The translations under genes were made by a program, and so were the position numbers. Below, one piece after another: positions 13,453 through 27,380 of a stretch of DNA of 61,001 bases. The stretch is from Phoronis australis (Eukaryota > Animalia > Phoronida): assembly GCA_002633005.1 (NCBI GenBank), contig NMRA01000547.1, positions 1 through 61,001 on the forward strand, in the 5' to 3' direction. Under the pieces are notes generated by a model. The model did no database searches and was not told where the DNA came from. It saw nothing but the letters and a program-made list of their open reading frames with translations. How positions within the stretch are numbered: the first letter of the stretch is position 1; every line of letters begins with the position of its first letter.

Positions 13453-14132
13453 ATGTATTCTGAAAAGACACGCAGTTTCACTAGGAGCAGAGGGAGAACA
13501 AAAAGCCAATTTAAAAAAGGACACAGACCCTCCAACATGGACTACTGCAGCTCCAGCATACCAAGGCAGCCCGAGGCAGCAATAGACGGTTGCAGGGCTG
13601 TGCCTCTCACACATTTCGAAGCTGAGGATGTCACCTACCTAACTAACAGTGATGCTGCTGCGACAGCTTACAGGTTTAGGCAAAGTACTGAAAAAGAAAG
13701 AAAAATTCGTGACAGCAAAGGACTGGATGAGAATATCATCATTAAGGTGCGTCGCTTAACAGGCCTGGTATGACATGTGCATCAGGTTGCATGCAAATTT
13801 GGAAAACTAGAACTAATTGTTGAAAAAAGACTGGGACTGTGTGCCTATGCATCACTGCACTGCAGAGTTTGCAAATACAAATCGCCAACTGTGCCACTGT
13901 CAGATGAGGTCAAGCAGCAGACGACTGGGCCACCAGCTGGAGCCTTGAACAGCCAGGCTGTATTGCCTGTGCTAAAGTCAAAAGTAGGAATTGAGGATGA
14001 CATGCTTGAATATTGTGCCACCATCCAATCGCAGCCTGCAGAATAAAGTGAATGCCATGAGCCAAACAGTAGCTCAACTGAACTAAGAACAAATGATTGA
14101 GGTGTTGCAGAAGTTCAGTTTGACGTTTCCTA
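13453..14132 (+). pseudogene. N-terminal part of a Kolobok/Mutator-like DDE transposase
   Basis: QFKKGHRPSN, H...C...GLC...CxxC-KYKS...LN and FDVSY (candidate first catalytic Asp); contains stops and deletions. Confidence 0.55.
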
Positions 14133-14449
14133 AGTTATAGACTTAAGTTAAATATTACTTCATTATATCTTTATTTACTTTATTTACTTCATTTTAGTTC
14201 GCTTATTCAACTTTATTAAGTCTAGTCACGCTACCGCCGTTATTCCGAGTGTCCTTTGTTGTATAGAAGTATTTTCGTGCTGTCTCTAGCGGCTGGGGGC
14301 GTAGTTGTGCTATTTTTAGTGCTGCCTCTAGCTGCTGGGGGCGTAGTTGTGCCCGCCATATTGTCATAGTTTGATCGAACTGTTGTCGGAAAATATATCG
14401 TTGAAATAGATTATTAATGTTGTCTTTGGTCATCATGAGGCCAGAGAAT

Positions 14450-14465
14450 TGGTAGCAGAGCACGG
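14450..14465 (+). promoter_or_regulatory. Primer-binding site, tRNA-iMet-like
   Basis: TGGTAGCAGAGCACGG versus the complement of the animal initiator tRNA 3' end, TGGTAGCAGAGGATGG. Confidence 0.7.
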
Positions 14466-14559
14466 TTACAACATTAAAAGAACTGTGGACGAATAAAGAT
14501 GGGTCGTAAGTGCCAGACCTATGTTCCGGCAGACTCGGATGAAGAGATCATCCAGCTAA

Positions 14560-17500
14560 AAATGACAAAAGCCAAAGGTAAATCAGTATTTACCAAACGT
14601 CGCCATGAGTTCTTAGACTCTTTGTATGACACTGAAACTTTAGTGAACTCAAAACACTGAAAAATCATCTCCTAGACGCATATGAGAGCGTAATAAATGT
14701 CCTGGCTCGTCTGTAAGACTTGTATGCCAAAAGTGGTGATCATGCAAACGTAGACAAAATGAACAAAGAGACTAAAAAAATTGAAGAATTTGACAGGGCG
14801 GAGAGCCAGTATGAGACATGAGCTAGTGAAACCAGATCGGTTATTGACAAAGCAGAACATTATGATTCCCAGCCCACACAACACGCTGTTGAAGTCGAAG
14901 ATAAAGCAAAACACAACACATCTCCCCCCTTGCCGGAGGTTTCATCCCGTCTATACCAAGGCCTTTTTACAGCTACTGAAGGTATCCAACTGTATGACGG
15001 TCTCGCTGACGATGAAATAGGTAGAGACATGTGGAAGCAACTGACAAGGGTGTCCATCCCGACTTTTAATGGCGACAAGAAAACATATGGTAGCTGGAAG
15101 GCAGCGTTTATGGCTTGTGTGGACAGCCATTGTTGCAGCTCAAAAAGTACCTGTCTGGGGATCCACTGAGAATCGTCGAAAGCCTAGGCCATTCGGCCTT
15201 GGCTTATGAAGCAGTGAAAGACACTCTTGAGAGAAAATATGGTGGACTGCGTCGTTAAGTGAACCTGCACTTGGAAGAATTAGACCAGTTGCGACCGATT
15301 CGTCCTGGCAATGCGAAAGATGTCGACCGATTGGCAGATTTGCTAGAAGTTTTGATTATCAACACCGGACGAACTGAAGAGCTTGGCAACGGGTCGCTGT
15401 ACCTAAAGATCCTGAAGAAGATGACTGAGAGCATGGTTACGAACTACCACTGATGGATGTTCGAACACAATAAGCCAGATTGTGTTGAAACTTTGCGCCA
15501 GTGGATCATCAAAGAAGCTGAATTTCAGACGGTTGCTGCGGAGACACTGCGAGGTTTAGCTACGAAACACAGAGATGCTTCGCACGCATTCTTTGGAGAG
15601 ACAACAACACAAAAGGACAGAAGACCCATGACGTCATGCAAGGTTTGCAAGAAGGATAGCCATCCTCTGTGGCTCTCAGCGATGGCATGAAGCGAAATGT
15701 GTCAGAGCTTGTTTTCGATGTCTGAGATGCAACCAGAGGAAGCGAGTGCACCCGTGGCAGACAGTGCGGTGTTAATGGCTGCAGGGAAAATCACAACCGA
15801 CTACTACACCGAGAATGTCCCTCAAACAGTAGAAACAACAGTGATGCAAGAGCAGAAGATGGATCCAGTCATTCTAGTCAGCCTGCTCCTGGTACTGAGG
15901 GGGAGCAGGATACCAGAGCAGAGCGTACACATACAACGACGATAAAGACTACAGATTCCGATTCGACAAAGCACGTCGTGGCATTGCGCACTGTCCTGGT
16001 GGAGGTTATGGACGGCAGTCGTAAGCTGATCATCAATACTATAGTAGACGATGCCAGCACGAAGACCTACATCAACAGTGACTTGGCTTCCCAGTTGGGC
16101 CTGCATGGCAAAGTACGCAGCGTTACAGTCAACATGCTGAGCGGACAAGAGAGCAGTTTTCAAATGATTCCAGTGGAGTTTCAACTCAAAAGCCTAGACG
16201 GACAGACCGACACAGCAGTTTTGGCGTTCACCGTGAAAAGAGTGACTGAAGACTTATGTCCTATCGACTGGAAGTCGCAATCTGCCAAGTGGAAACATCT
16301 GCAAGGACTCCCATTTCCAAGTCTCAGCCCTCTATCTTTCGTCGACTTGCTCATCGGAATAGATCATGCAGAACTACACTACTCACTCAAAGATGTACGA
16401 GGGAACCCCGGAGAGCCGATTGCCAGATTGACTCCTTTAGGGTGGACGTGCATTTGGGGAGCACGTGAAAATTAGAAGCACTCCGCCAGTTTCAAGGTCA
16501 CCTTCTACGTAGAGCAAGCAGATCATGAGCTAAACACTACACTACAGAAGTTCTGGGACATCAAAGCATCCGGAACCGTAAGGCATCCGACGAGTCAAAC
16601 CAAAGAGGAGTAGATCGCAGTTGCACAAGTAGAAGAGTCGGTGAACTTCAAGGATGGTCATTATGAAGTATTGATGCCATGGAAGAACAGACAAGAGTTA
16701 CCTGATAATTACAACACAGCTCTGAAAAGGTTAGAGAACATCGAAAAACGGCTGAAGAGAGATCCTAGCGTAGGAAGTACCTATTCGAAAACTATAGAAG
16801 ACTACATGAAGAAAGGATACGTCTCAAAGATAGAGTCATCTACTTCCATCATAGGAAAAGCTAGAGGAGAAGTTTGGTATCTGCCACATTTCCCGATCGT
16901 GCGTCCAGACAAGACTACGACTAAAGTTCGGATCGTGTTTGACGCATCAGTGAAGCATGAAGGCGTATGCTTGAACGACATGATACACAAGGGGCCAAAG
17001 TTGCAGCGAGACTTGTTCGATGTGCGGATTCGATTTCGGTGGTTTCCAGTTGCTCTCGTCTGTGACATAGCAGAGATGTATCTACGCATCAAAATAATCC
17101 CTACTGATAGATCGTACCACAGATTCCTGTGGAGAGATATTGACCAATCAAAGCCACCAAGCGAATACCAGTTCAATAGACTAGTATTCGGATCAACTCC
17201 TGCCCATTCCAAGCTCAATTTTTGTCACGAAAGCATGCAGAAGACAACAAGAGTCGTTTTCCACAAGCCGCGGAGTCAGTCTTAGAGTCGACCTACATGG
17301 ACAATAGCATGGACTCTACCTGCACTGTCACAGAATGCATAGAGCTGTACCGTCAACTGTTACAGTTATGGGGATCTGCATGGATGCATGCCAGAAAATG
17401 GCTGTCTATCTCCGAAGAAGTCCTTAGAGAGATTTCTCCGGAAGATAGAGCTACAGAAGTAGATTTGGACGAGGGAACCTTGCCGTCTATAAAGACATTA

Positions 17501-19906
17501 GGAGTGACCTGGGTTGCTAATGAAGATTTCTTCACGTTTAAGGTGAACGCTTCTGATGACCAAAAGCCGTTGACAAAGCGCAGCTTTCTTGCCAAGACAG
17601 CGTCCTTATTCGACCCGATGGGATTCTTAGCGCCATTTGTCATGAGAGCCAAGATATTACTGCAGGAACTTTGGACATCAGGCATAGACTGGGATGATGA
17701 GCTGGAACACGATTATGCTGTAAAGGCGAAAAAGTGGTTTGAAGAATTGCACCAATTGTCTGACCTTAAGATATTTCGGTGCCTTCAACTCAACCTCGAG
17801 GTCCTGTCGAGCTCGCTGCATGTGTTCGTAAATGCCTCTGGAGACGCCTATGGAGCGGCTGTTTATGCTAGATATGAATACACCAACGGTAAGGTGTCGA
17901 CACGACTAGTAGCAAGCAAGACCAGAGTAGCTCCTTTAACGCCACACAGCATTCCGAGGCTGGAATTTATGGGAGCAGTTACAGGCTTGAGGCTAGGAAT
18001 ATCAGTTACTGATGTATTAAAGATTGACAGAAATGTTTTGGTATTATGGTCAGACAGTATAAACGTCCTTTGGTGGGTACGCGGCAGGGGTCGAGCCTTC
18101 AAGCCTTTTATAGCCAACCGAGTGGGAGAGATTCAAACCTCCAGTAAGCCAAACCAGTGGCGTCATGTACCCACTTCGAAGAATCCAGCAGATCTACCAA
18201 CAAGAGGAATGCCCGTTGAAGCGATCAGGGAAAGTACGCTGTGGTGGAACGGTCCTGATTTCTTGGAGCTGCGAGAGTCAGAGTGGCCTGAGACCAAGAT
18301 TTCACGAAGCCCTGAGACAGTCATAGAAACTATAAAGAGAGCTATGTCGAGTGTCCTTGCAGCTAATGACTCGAAGGGCGACCAAGTCATGGTATCGGTC
18401 GTCGAAGACAGAACTTGGAGACTCCAGCCTGAGAGGTTGTCTAGTTGGCAACGACTAGTGCGAGTTCGGACATGGGTGCATCGTTTTCTGAACAACTGTC
18501 AGGTGCCAGCACAACTGAGATGTCACGGAAAGTTGAAGACTCAAGAAATTTTAGAAGCAGAACTTGGAATCATAGCTGAAGCGCAACAAGTGTCATTCCC
18601 TGACGAGTATAGAGCTTTGACTGTTAAGAAGCCCATTTCGTTGAATAGCAAACTCCTAAGCCTGAAGTCGATGTTGGATGATGATGGTGTACTGCGATCA
18701 GACGGTGGATTGGTGCATGCTGACTACTTACCCTTTGACGCGAGATTCCCAATCATACTGCCCAGGAAGAACTGGGCGACTAAGCTTATTGTCAAGACTC
18801 CTCATGAGAAGGGGAATCACCAGGCAGGAACTATCCAGACTTTGGCATCATTGTCACATCGCTTCTGGATATTGCAAGCCAGAGAAGAGATTCGTGAATG
18901 GGAAAGAGAGTGCTTTGGATGTCGAAGACACAAGGCTGGGCGTGCCTCTCAGGTCATGGCACCCCTTCCGAAGATTCGACTAATGCTGCCGCTGCGAGCC
19001 TTCGCGAGAGTGGCAGTTGATTACGCAGGACCCTTCGTTACCAAACAAGGAAGAGGCATGCGAAGAACCAAACGTTATATTTGCTTATTCACCTGTTTAC
19101 TGTCTAGAGCCGTCCATTTTGAGATGTCCTACAGTTTGGACACTGACTCGTTCTTGAACGCGTTCTTTCGTATGGTGAATAGAAGAGGTCGACTGCTAGA
19201 AGTCTCGTTAAAAACTGAAGTAACTTCATTGGAGGCGAGCGAGAACTGAGAGAGAGCTTGTGAATAAGCTAGACAAAGACGCCATCGACAGATCAGCAGT
19301 CAACAAAGGGATACAATGGCACTTCAACCCGCCCTTAGCGCCACACTTTGGAGGAGTGCATGAAACCATAATCAAGGCAGCGAAACGAGCTACTTACGCT
19401 ACACTTTCACAAGCAGATATTACAGATGAAAAGTTAGCAACGGCATTCACTGGAGCTGAGGCATTATTCAACTCACGACCGTTGACTTACCAGTCTTCTC
19501 ACCCATTAGATGATGTCCCTTTGACACCAAATCACTTCTTGTTCGGCCAAGTTGGTGGAGAGTTTGCGCCAGAGTCAGTGGATGCCACAGACTTCAACCT
19601 GAAAATCAGGGGAAGGCGTGTTCAGGAGATAGGCACTTTTGGAGTCGCTGGCTTCGAGAGTGGTTGCCAACGTTAAATCGAAAAGCCAAGTGGTGGCATT
19701 CCAAAGAAGGGGTCAAGATCGATGACGTTGTTCTAGTTCTCCTTCCGGATTCGCCGAGAGCACAATGGCCTCTGGGAAGAATCATCAATGTTTACTCTGG
19801 AACAGATGGACATGTTCGGTCGGTCAAGGTCAGAGTTGGGAAGAAGGTGCTAGTGAGACCGCGTATGAAGATCTGCCCCTTGGAGTTGGACTGTGAGCCA
19901 CGTTGA
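14560..19906 (+). pseudogene. BEL/Pao gag-pol (Gag, protease, RT, RNase H, integrase), disrupted
   Basis: IPTFNGDK (Gag); VDDAS and LTPLGW (protease); YLPH, RIVFDAS, DIAEMY, YMDN (RT); IPRLE, WSDS, NPADLPTRG (RNase H); VDYAGP, APHFGGVHE, LTPNHFL, WPLGRI (integrase); several stops and frameshifts. Confidence 0.95.
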
Positions 19907-20574
19907 ACTTGCATAGACTTTTTGTTGATGGTTCCCATCGAGAGGGGGAGGATGTTATAGAGACTTTAGTTAAATTAGTACAAGCATTAGTTCATTATAT
20001 CTTAATTTACTTTATTTACTTCATTTTAGTTCGCTTATTCAACTTAATTAAGTCTAGTCACGCTACCACCGTTATTCCGAGTGTTCTTTGTTGTGTAGAA
20101 GTATTTTAGTGCTGCCTCTAGCGGTTGGGGGCGTAGTTAAAGTGCTGCCTCTAGTGGCTGGGGGCGTAATTAAAGTGCTGCCTCTAGCGGCTGGGGGCGT
20201 AGTTGTGCCGGCCATATTGTCATAGTTTGATCGAAATGTTGTCGGAAAATATATCGTTGAAATAGATTATTATTGTCGTCTTTGGTCATCGTGAGGCCAT
20301 CCTACTCCAGTAGGCCACAGGGTGAATTCCACTGGCCCTTGCCAGGGCCAAAAAATGCTGCAGGATTCCAGGGTGCAAGCATGAACACTGCAGGAAAATC
20401 TATCCAGCTGAGAAATCAATTGCATCAAGTGAACGCACACTGTTACAAGCCAGCCTCAGAGCAGTGAAAATTAGTGGTGTGGACTTGAATATCAGGAGCA
20501 TTACGACACTGTACCACAGGGTGAGATATTATAGAGAGGGTTCTTTATAGACTATGGGATTCTTGGTTATTTAA

Positions 20575-20839
20575 GAGTGCTTGGAAGAATGCACTGGCCA
20601 TGGCAGAGAGGGGGTTGTTGAACCTGTAAAAGCATATTTTGCAGTTGTTTTTAATTGCACTGTAGCATACTGTCGCACTGTTGCTGATGAACATTAAATT
20701 GTCATTTGAAATGCATTAATGAGTGTCTGAAATTAATCGCAAACACCAAATCCACACCCAGCTGCCGGGCTTCTGTGCCACCAGCTGGTCTAAGTACACA
20801 GTCACACACAATTTAAAACTTGAAATTCCCCCATTTCTT
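20575..20839 (+). repeat. TTAA-bounded module Y (candidate long terminal direct repeat), internally deleted
   Basis: TTAA at 20571 and 20840; homologous to 30641-31012; lies between cassette copies A and B. Confidence 0.65.
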
Positions 20840-20843
20840 TTAA

Positions 20844-22291
20844 ATAAAACCACATTTTTCAAATTTTGTTCAGAATAGTTCCTCTCCACCTGCTGACCTA
20901 TTTTGCAAAGTAAAAACTTGAAGCGATGACCGGTTTTGATTTTTCAAGCCGATTGCATGTGCCCACCCAAAAACCGGGATTTTTGAATTAGGGACATTTA
21001 ACAGACAAAGACACTAAATGCAATTTCTTGCCCTGTTTTGCACTAAACTGATTTTTGATTGAGGGAAATGGGGAAAATTGATAAATTAGCATATGAAAAT
21101 AACAATAAAAGTTTAATTTAATTTAATTTCCTGACCCCACAAGTGGAACATGTTCTCACCAAGGCCCATTGTGTATAGGGGACATACTTATTAGAGTCGA
21201 TTTGCATAACCACAAAAGTCATGAGAACAAGAAATTTGGCAGCCAAGTTTCATTCACAACATAGCTGTTGAGTGGTGAGCACACACAATGTATTCTGAAA
21301 AGACATGCGGTGTCACTAGGAGCAGAGGGAGAAGAAAAAGCCAATTTAAAAAAGGACACAGACCCTCCAACATGGACTACTGCAGCTCCAGCATACCAAG
21401 GCAGCCCGAGGCAGCAATAGACGGTTGCAGGGCTGTGCCTCTCACACATTTCGAAGCTGAGGATGTCACCTACCTAACTAACAGTGATGCTGCTGCGACA
21501 GCTTACAGGTTTAGGCAAATTACTGAAAAAGAAAGAAAAATTCGTGATAGTAAAGAACTGGATGAGAATATTCATGATTAACTTGCGTCTCTTAACAGGC
21601 CTGGTGTGACATGTGCGTCAGGTTGCATGCAAATTTGGAAAACTAGAACTAATTGTTGAAAAAAAGACTGGAACTGTGTGTCTATGCATCATTGCACTGC
21701 AGATTTTTGCAAATATAAATCGCCAACTGTGCCACTGTCAGATGAGATCAAGCAGCAGACGATTGGGCCACCAGCTGGAGCCTTGAACAGCCAGGCTGTA
21801 TTGCCTGTGCTAAAGTCAAAAGTGGGAATTGATGATGTAATCAACATTCTGACATGCTTGAATAATGTGCCAACTTCCAATCGCAGCCTGCAGAATAAAA
21901 TTAATGCCATGAGCCAAACAGTAACTCAACTGAACGAACAAATGATTGAGAACCAGTGCTACGTTAAAAAAGTCACCACTCTGGCTGGCGGTGAAGGTGT
22001 TGCAAAAGTTGAATTTCACGTTTCCTACTCCAGTAGGCCACAGGGTGAATTCCACTGGCCCTTGCCACGGCGAACAAACACTGCAGGATTACTGGGTGCA
22101 AGCATGAACACTGCAGTAAAAACCACCCAGCTGAGAGATCAATTGCATCAAGTGAACGCACACTGTTACAAGCCAGCCTCACAGCAGTGAAAAACAGTGG
22201 TGTGGACCTGAATATCAGGAGCATTACAACACTGACCCAAAGGGTGAGATTTTAAAGAGGGTTTGTTTTAGACTATGGGATTCTTGGTTAT
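20844..22291 (+). mobile_element. Kolobok(P)-like transposase cassette, copy B (transposase remnant about 21288-22230)
   Basis: TTAA on both sides; same protein as copy A, continuing CKHEHCSKN...LNIRSITT and stopping where a second Asp would be expected. Confidence 0.65.
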
Positions 22292-22295
22292 TTAA

Positions 22296-23793
22296 AGGCC
22301 TATGGTCCGAGTTATAGAACAAAAAACCTTTTAACACCGTTTAAGCCGGTTTTTTGATGTGACATGGACTTCAAAAAGTTATTAACTTTCAACTTGTGCA
22401 AAAAGTTTGAAAAAAATCGTTGTAAATACTACAAACGAATGAAATGTTTACAAAGAATTTAGTATCTGTGACGCTAAACTGATTATAAACATTACAACAA
22501 CACATGCGCAGCCACAGATCTAGAGGTCAACAGAATTTATACAAATGGCGGGGAGAAGTAGGTCTATGAAGTGTACGTCCGAAGGCGAAACGCAGTCGTC
22601 CTGCTCTACGAGATTCAGAAAAAGACGTGTTAGCCAGTACAAAAAGCGGCATTGCCAACAAACCGTGTACCTGTAAGCGACTTGTTCGATAGGTGAGAAA
22701 CAATGAGGACAAGACTGAATGTTCGAACTCGTGAAGGTTTTACATTACAACAAATGAACAATTCCAGGCTTTCGATGGACAAGTATAATTCAGTAAGTAC
22801 TAAGTGTGCTGTTTGTGAAATGTTCAATGACTCATACACTGTTAGAGCATTCACTGATGGGTAACTGATCTCAGTCAGCATACATCGGACCCAAATCATT
22901 TTGAAGAACCTCAATTCGATCAGCTGTGCAGTTTTTGTTCTAATGCTAGTAGTACTACTGATTCACGCTGATCCGGACTAGTTACACCATGTTAGTGTTT
23001 TAACATGTAGTTAAAACTGGTAAGGCCCTTTCATTCTAACGTCGACATGGCGATGTTTTGGGGAGTTGCAGTCAGTATGGAGGGTTAACTTCGGTCCTGA
23101 ATCGAAGTTAACTGTGCCAGTTGACTTCACAGTAGACAAGCGGAGTGTCGATGCTGTGGTGCACGGTAGTATGAATGATCAACTTCGGTTATATCTAAGA
23201 AGTTATTGTCAGGGGCCACTGCTATCATCGACAATTACACGGTAATGTCGTCGCTAAAAGCTGCTCATATTTTGCTCGAGTAGTCACTGATCGAATTAGA
23301 AATAGGTTTTTGTGTCCATTAGCACATGTCATGTTCCCAAATTATCACATTAAAAAATCCTGGTGTACAAGTGTTGCATCTGCACTACGTTGCGATTACT
23401 TCGATGACAACATTGTCAGCAACAGTTTACTTAGACATCCAAAGCCGGTAAAAACGTTTCGATTAACTTTCCAGTTCATGTCGACACTCTGCTCAGACCG
23501 AAATTAAGTACAAAAGGGCTTTTAGATCGATTTCAACTAGCAGAACAATGTGGCAGGTGGTGTAAAGAATTGTGGCGGGAGAGGGGGGGTGTTTGTAGGA
23601 TGTGTTAGGGACTTCACCTGGCCACGCCAATAGCTTTATTAGAAAGCTCATATCAGTGTTGGTCGTACTGAGTACAGTGGGGGGTGGGGGGGTGGGGGAT
23701 TAAGTCTTGGTCAAGATGGCTATACTTGAGTTTTGTCATGGAATTGCTAAATTTTCGAGTTGTGTATCGAATACAGAGATTAGGCTATTGGCT
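22296..23793. mobile_element. TTAA-flanked non-autonomous element (module Z), Kolobok-like
   Basis: ttaaAGGCCTATGGTCCG...TAGGCTATTGGCTttaa; weak, imperfect TIR; the right end is uncertain. Confidence 0.35.
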
Positions 23794-25046
23794 TTAACGT
23801 AAGCCGGAATTTTCATCAATTATAAATCACTTAAGTCGCTGTCAGTTTAGAATAATGCTGTCTCAGCTACAAATTTTGCCTTCTGGTAATTAAATCAAAG
23901 TTCTTTTAAGCATAAAGGTGTGACAAATTGACTGAAAGTACATTCTTAAATCTTGTGATTGCTCCTGGTAAAGTGAGTCAAATTGTATTTAAACCCTCCT
24001 TCATCATCTGTACTTTCAGAATGAGTGGTTTAGACAACACCCTCTAAAAACTTCTTTGCAAGAGTCCCACACTGGTCATCCCCTGAAGAAACCTTGAGGT
24101 ATTGTTTCATTCATTTCCTTAATATCTCATGGAGTGACATTTCACATTTTATTCAACTCACAACTCACAATCCTAACCAAAGATATCACTGTTTCGTTTA
24201 CAGTATTTAAACATGCCTTGTTTAAAGCCTGTTCAATTTCTATTCAGGGATTCACCCAGGATTTCGAAAATAGGATGTCCAAAATGGGATTCCCAATATT
24301 TCGGAGTGTCCGTGAATCCGACAACGCATTACCCCTACCACCATGCAGTGCACCAGCATCCCCCCACACTGATTTTTTTACAAAAGTACATAGATCAAAG
24401 CATTTACATCTGCTTTTTCAAACTAACCCCCTGTAACGAGCTTTTTTTACTAAAAAACTGCTTGGACCTAGACTTTTACACCTAAACTTATGAATATAGC
24501 CAAGCAGCTTACCAGACAAATATTAGAGATATTTTTGAAGGATGAGTGCACTTTGCAGATGATGGTGTCACTGCTGTTCCATATTAAAACATGGAAATGC
24601 ACATTGAAATGCACGAAGCAGTGTTTCATTTGAGTTATTTATATTAGGTTTGTGTGAGTTATTTATATTAGGTTTGTGTAAACCATACTTTAGTGTGAAG
24701 TTTTTATTCTAATGTATCAGTGCTTTGGAGGATGTCCAGTTGAGCAAAGAACATTTGTAATGTAATTAATTTGCATGTGAAAATTTTCAACTCGCTTACA
24801 ACTGTAGTATAAATGCAAGCCAACTCCAGCTGCTGGTTGAAATTCTGTGCATCATGTTTGGTGTGGGGAGCAATTATGATTTCTAAAAACCTTGTTTTGA
24901 AAATTTGCCCTTTTACGATTCCATCTGTCAATTCAATGTCAATGTTTCAGATTCATAGATACATATCTGAGTTCTCAGTGTAGAGGCCTCAGAATAAATT
25001 TTAAACTGAATGTCTTCTTACAAATGCCACTATTGTCATCTTGCAG

Positions 25047-25117
25047 GGTTTCAGAGCTGTTGTTCACCCTTGTCCTTATCTTCTTTGTCACCTGCATCCT
25101 CACAATCTGGATCGAAG
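25047..25117 (+). CDS. Candidate host exon, possibly a hydrophobic or signal segment
   Basis: ttgcAG and GTttgt boundaries; one frame reads VSELLFTLVLIFFVTCILTIWIE. No homology recognised. Confidence 0.25.
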
Positions 25118-26806
25118 GTTTGTGTCTGCTCTTGTAAAGACTCTATGCTCTATTGGAATTTAAAGTAGATATAGGCATGCCTTATGTCACGAAAACCAAC
25201 TGTTTATTTAGACCATGTACCATTAGTATGATATTCATCTCGAATTGTTCCTTGATAAAAATAAGGTGTGAATTTTGGGCTTGAAAATCTCCAGCAATCT
25301 GTTACTACTTGAGAGTTTCTTTAGGTTGACGTGTCACAGCATGCCATTTCATTCACCTGACATGGTCACAATCATAATGAACTGACAGTTCTTTGCAAGA
25401 CCAAAACTTATTTCTCATCTGAATGAGGAAAGTGGTTAAAATCAAAAGTTAAGTTGCACGGATAACAGGGTTTATAGCCGCAGAAATTTTTCTGTGAAAA
25501 TGCAACTCTATTTTCTCTCAATGTAGGTTTCTTACTGCTTGTTAAAAGGCGATGATAGTATGACCGGCTGCTGAGTAGCACTTGGGACATAACCATGTTG
25601 CCATGAGTTCAATTTCTTGCCTTGGAACTCTAGAATCCACTTAAACCATAAAGTGGCAATGGCCATCAAAAGTTATCATGATGCGATGAAGATTTGGCAA
25701 TACGTGCATTAGTTCTTGCACCATCTTTCTAATTTGCAACCTCTCACACTTGTTGATACTAGCATTCCGTTGGTGGTATAGATACAGTTATCATTACTTG
25801 TACCCAATGGTGGTTTTCTTTGCACTGTATTTTTGGTTTTAGTGTTTCAGTGCTCAATTATATTGTAACTTTTCACAATATTTTACACTTACAGGCTACA
25901 TAGGTACTTCAGTGAGAAATCTAAGAGTAATGCTGTCAAGGATTAAGAAAGGTCTACACTCCAGTTCCACCGGTGTCCATAATTAGCAGATGCTTGAGAG
26001 AAATACAAGGCGTGCACAAACTTGACACATGACTTCCAGGGGTCACCCAGTTCATTGCCTTGACGTTCAATGGTTTTGGAATGACAACAAATGTTATTTG
26101 ATCTATCAAAAGAACTATCACTGCATCAGTGAACATTTGACACTAATTTTAAAGTTACCTTTGCATAGTAGCTTGACGTGGATATAGACTGTTGTCAATA
26201 CAAAAGGACACGGCTATATTTTTGATCTTACTCATTACCATACAGCATATAAATCTGACATTCTACTTTTTATATATGTAAACCAACAATCCTTGACCAC
26301 TGTTTGCTTACATTTGACTCCAAAACTGTGATACAATACCTGCTTTTTAATTGAAGTGCTCTTGTAACTTGGTTCATGTTGAGTTTATCAACAGTCATCA
26401 TCTGCTTTTGGTGGTCCACGTGGTTGTGCGAATTATTATAAATGTGTCCATGACTTCAAACATATTTCGATTAATTACATGTCATGCTGCAACTCTTGTT
26501 TGCATTTACATTTCTGTTGTGTTGAGAATTACTGCAGTGAAATGCATTTGATGTTATACAGGTTACACTTCGGCAGTGAAAATCCATTTTGTTTGTTAAT
26601 GTGATTATGTCATTGCTGTTAAAGCTGCTATGAACCTGCCTTCCTTCAATTAAACCAACTCTCAATTATGACTATTTATTGTCTTGGCCCATTCCTTACT
26701 CAATGTACAAGTGATTCCTGGAATTAGAAAGAACTGACAGTTCGTTATTAATAGCTCGAACCTCAGTTTATCAAGTTGCCTTGAAACAGCTTGTCATTTT
26801 CTGTAG

Positions 26807-26896
26807 GTGAATTTGTTACAAGCCAAGAAACCCATCCTCACCTGGGTAAAGAAACTTACTGATAGGAGGTCTGATGCGGAAAATGGTATAAATTAA
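26807..26896 (+). CDS. Candidate terminal exon resembling the CutA C-terminal helix
   Basis: Acceptor ttttctgtAG; reads VNLLQAKKPILTWVKKLTDRRSDAENGIN*; QxxxPxLxWVxxxT spacing matches CutA QGNFPYLQWVRQVT. Confidence 0.3.
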   Translation: MNLLQAKKPILTWVKKLTDRRSDAENGIN

Positions 26897-27380
26897 AAGT
26901 TACTTTATTGTTGATGGAATGTTGGTTTGTAGCAACTTTACCAGTTCGGTTTTCAGTATGAAACTAAGAAATGATATTCGGCATAAATTTTGTTTATTAG
27001 TACCACAAAGAAATCACATTTATCTGAGTACTAAGTAGTAGACAAAACAAATATGCATTAGAGACATAAAATATGGTGCCTGAGTAAATAACATAATTTG
27101 TTTGACTGCAAGCAAAGTAGATAAAGCAGTACGATTTGTGACATAACCCTTGCATTGCGAAAATATGTTGGGGTAGGCGCCTTTTGTTGTAGTTGGTACC
27201 TTTGTTGAAAGCCAGCACATCATTACGGTAGACTCTTGCCAGTTCCTCATTTATGACGAAGAAACCAAAAGTCCTGAATCAAAAATAAAAATAAAAATAA
27301 AATTTTCTTCATAACCATGTATAAGAGAAAAAAAATATTCATTAACTAGTGTACTTCAAAAGCTGAATACCTTATAGAAT

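Larger units (their letters stand above)
14133..20299 (+). mobile_element. Full-length degenerate BEL/Pao LTR retrotransposon with 5-bp TSD TCCTA
   Basis: LTRs at 14133-14443 and 19953-20299; TCCTA at 14128-14132 and 20300-20304; empty site gtttcctactcc visible at about 22020; PPT gagagggggagga before 19953. Confidence 0.95.
13036..20570 (+). mobile_element. Kolobok(P)-like transposase cassette, copy A, interrupted by the BEL element
   Basis: 13036-14132 plus 20305-20570 are collinear with 20844-22291; bounded by TTAA at 13032 and 20571. Confidence 0.65.

Noticed and set aside
17353-18495. Antisense ORFs within BEL pol, and similar ones inside the LINE and Copia
   Set aside because: Shadow frames of coding sequence with no motifs.
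20109-20205. Roughly 34-bp repeats superficially like a CRISPR array
   Set aside because: No unique spacers; this is a minisatellite within a eukaryotic LTR.
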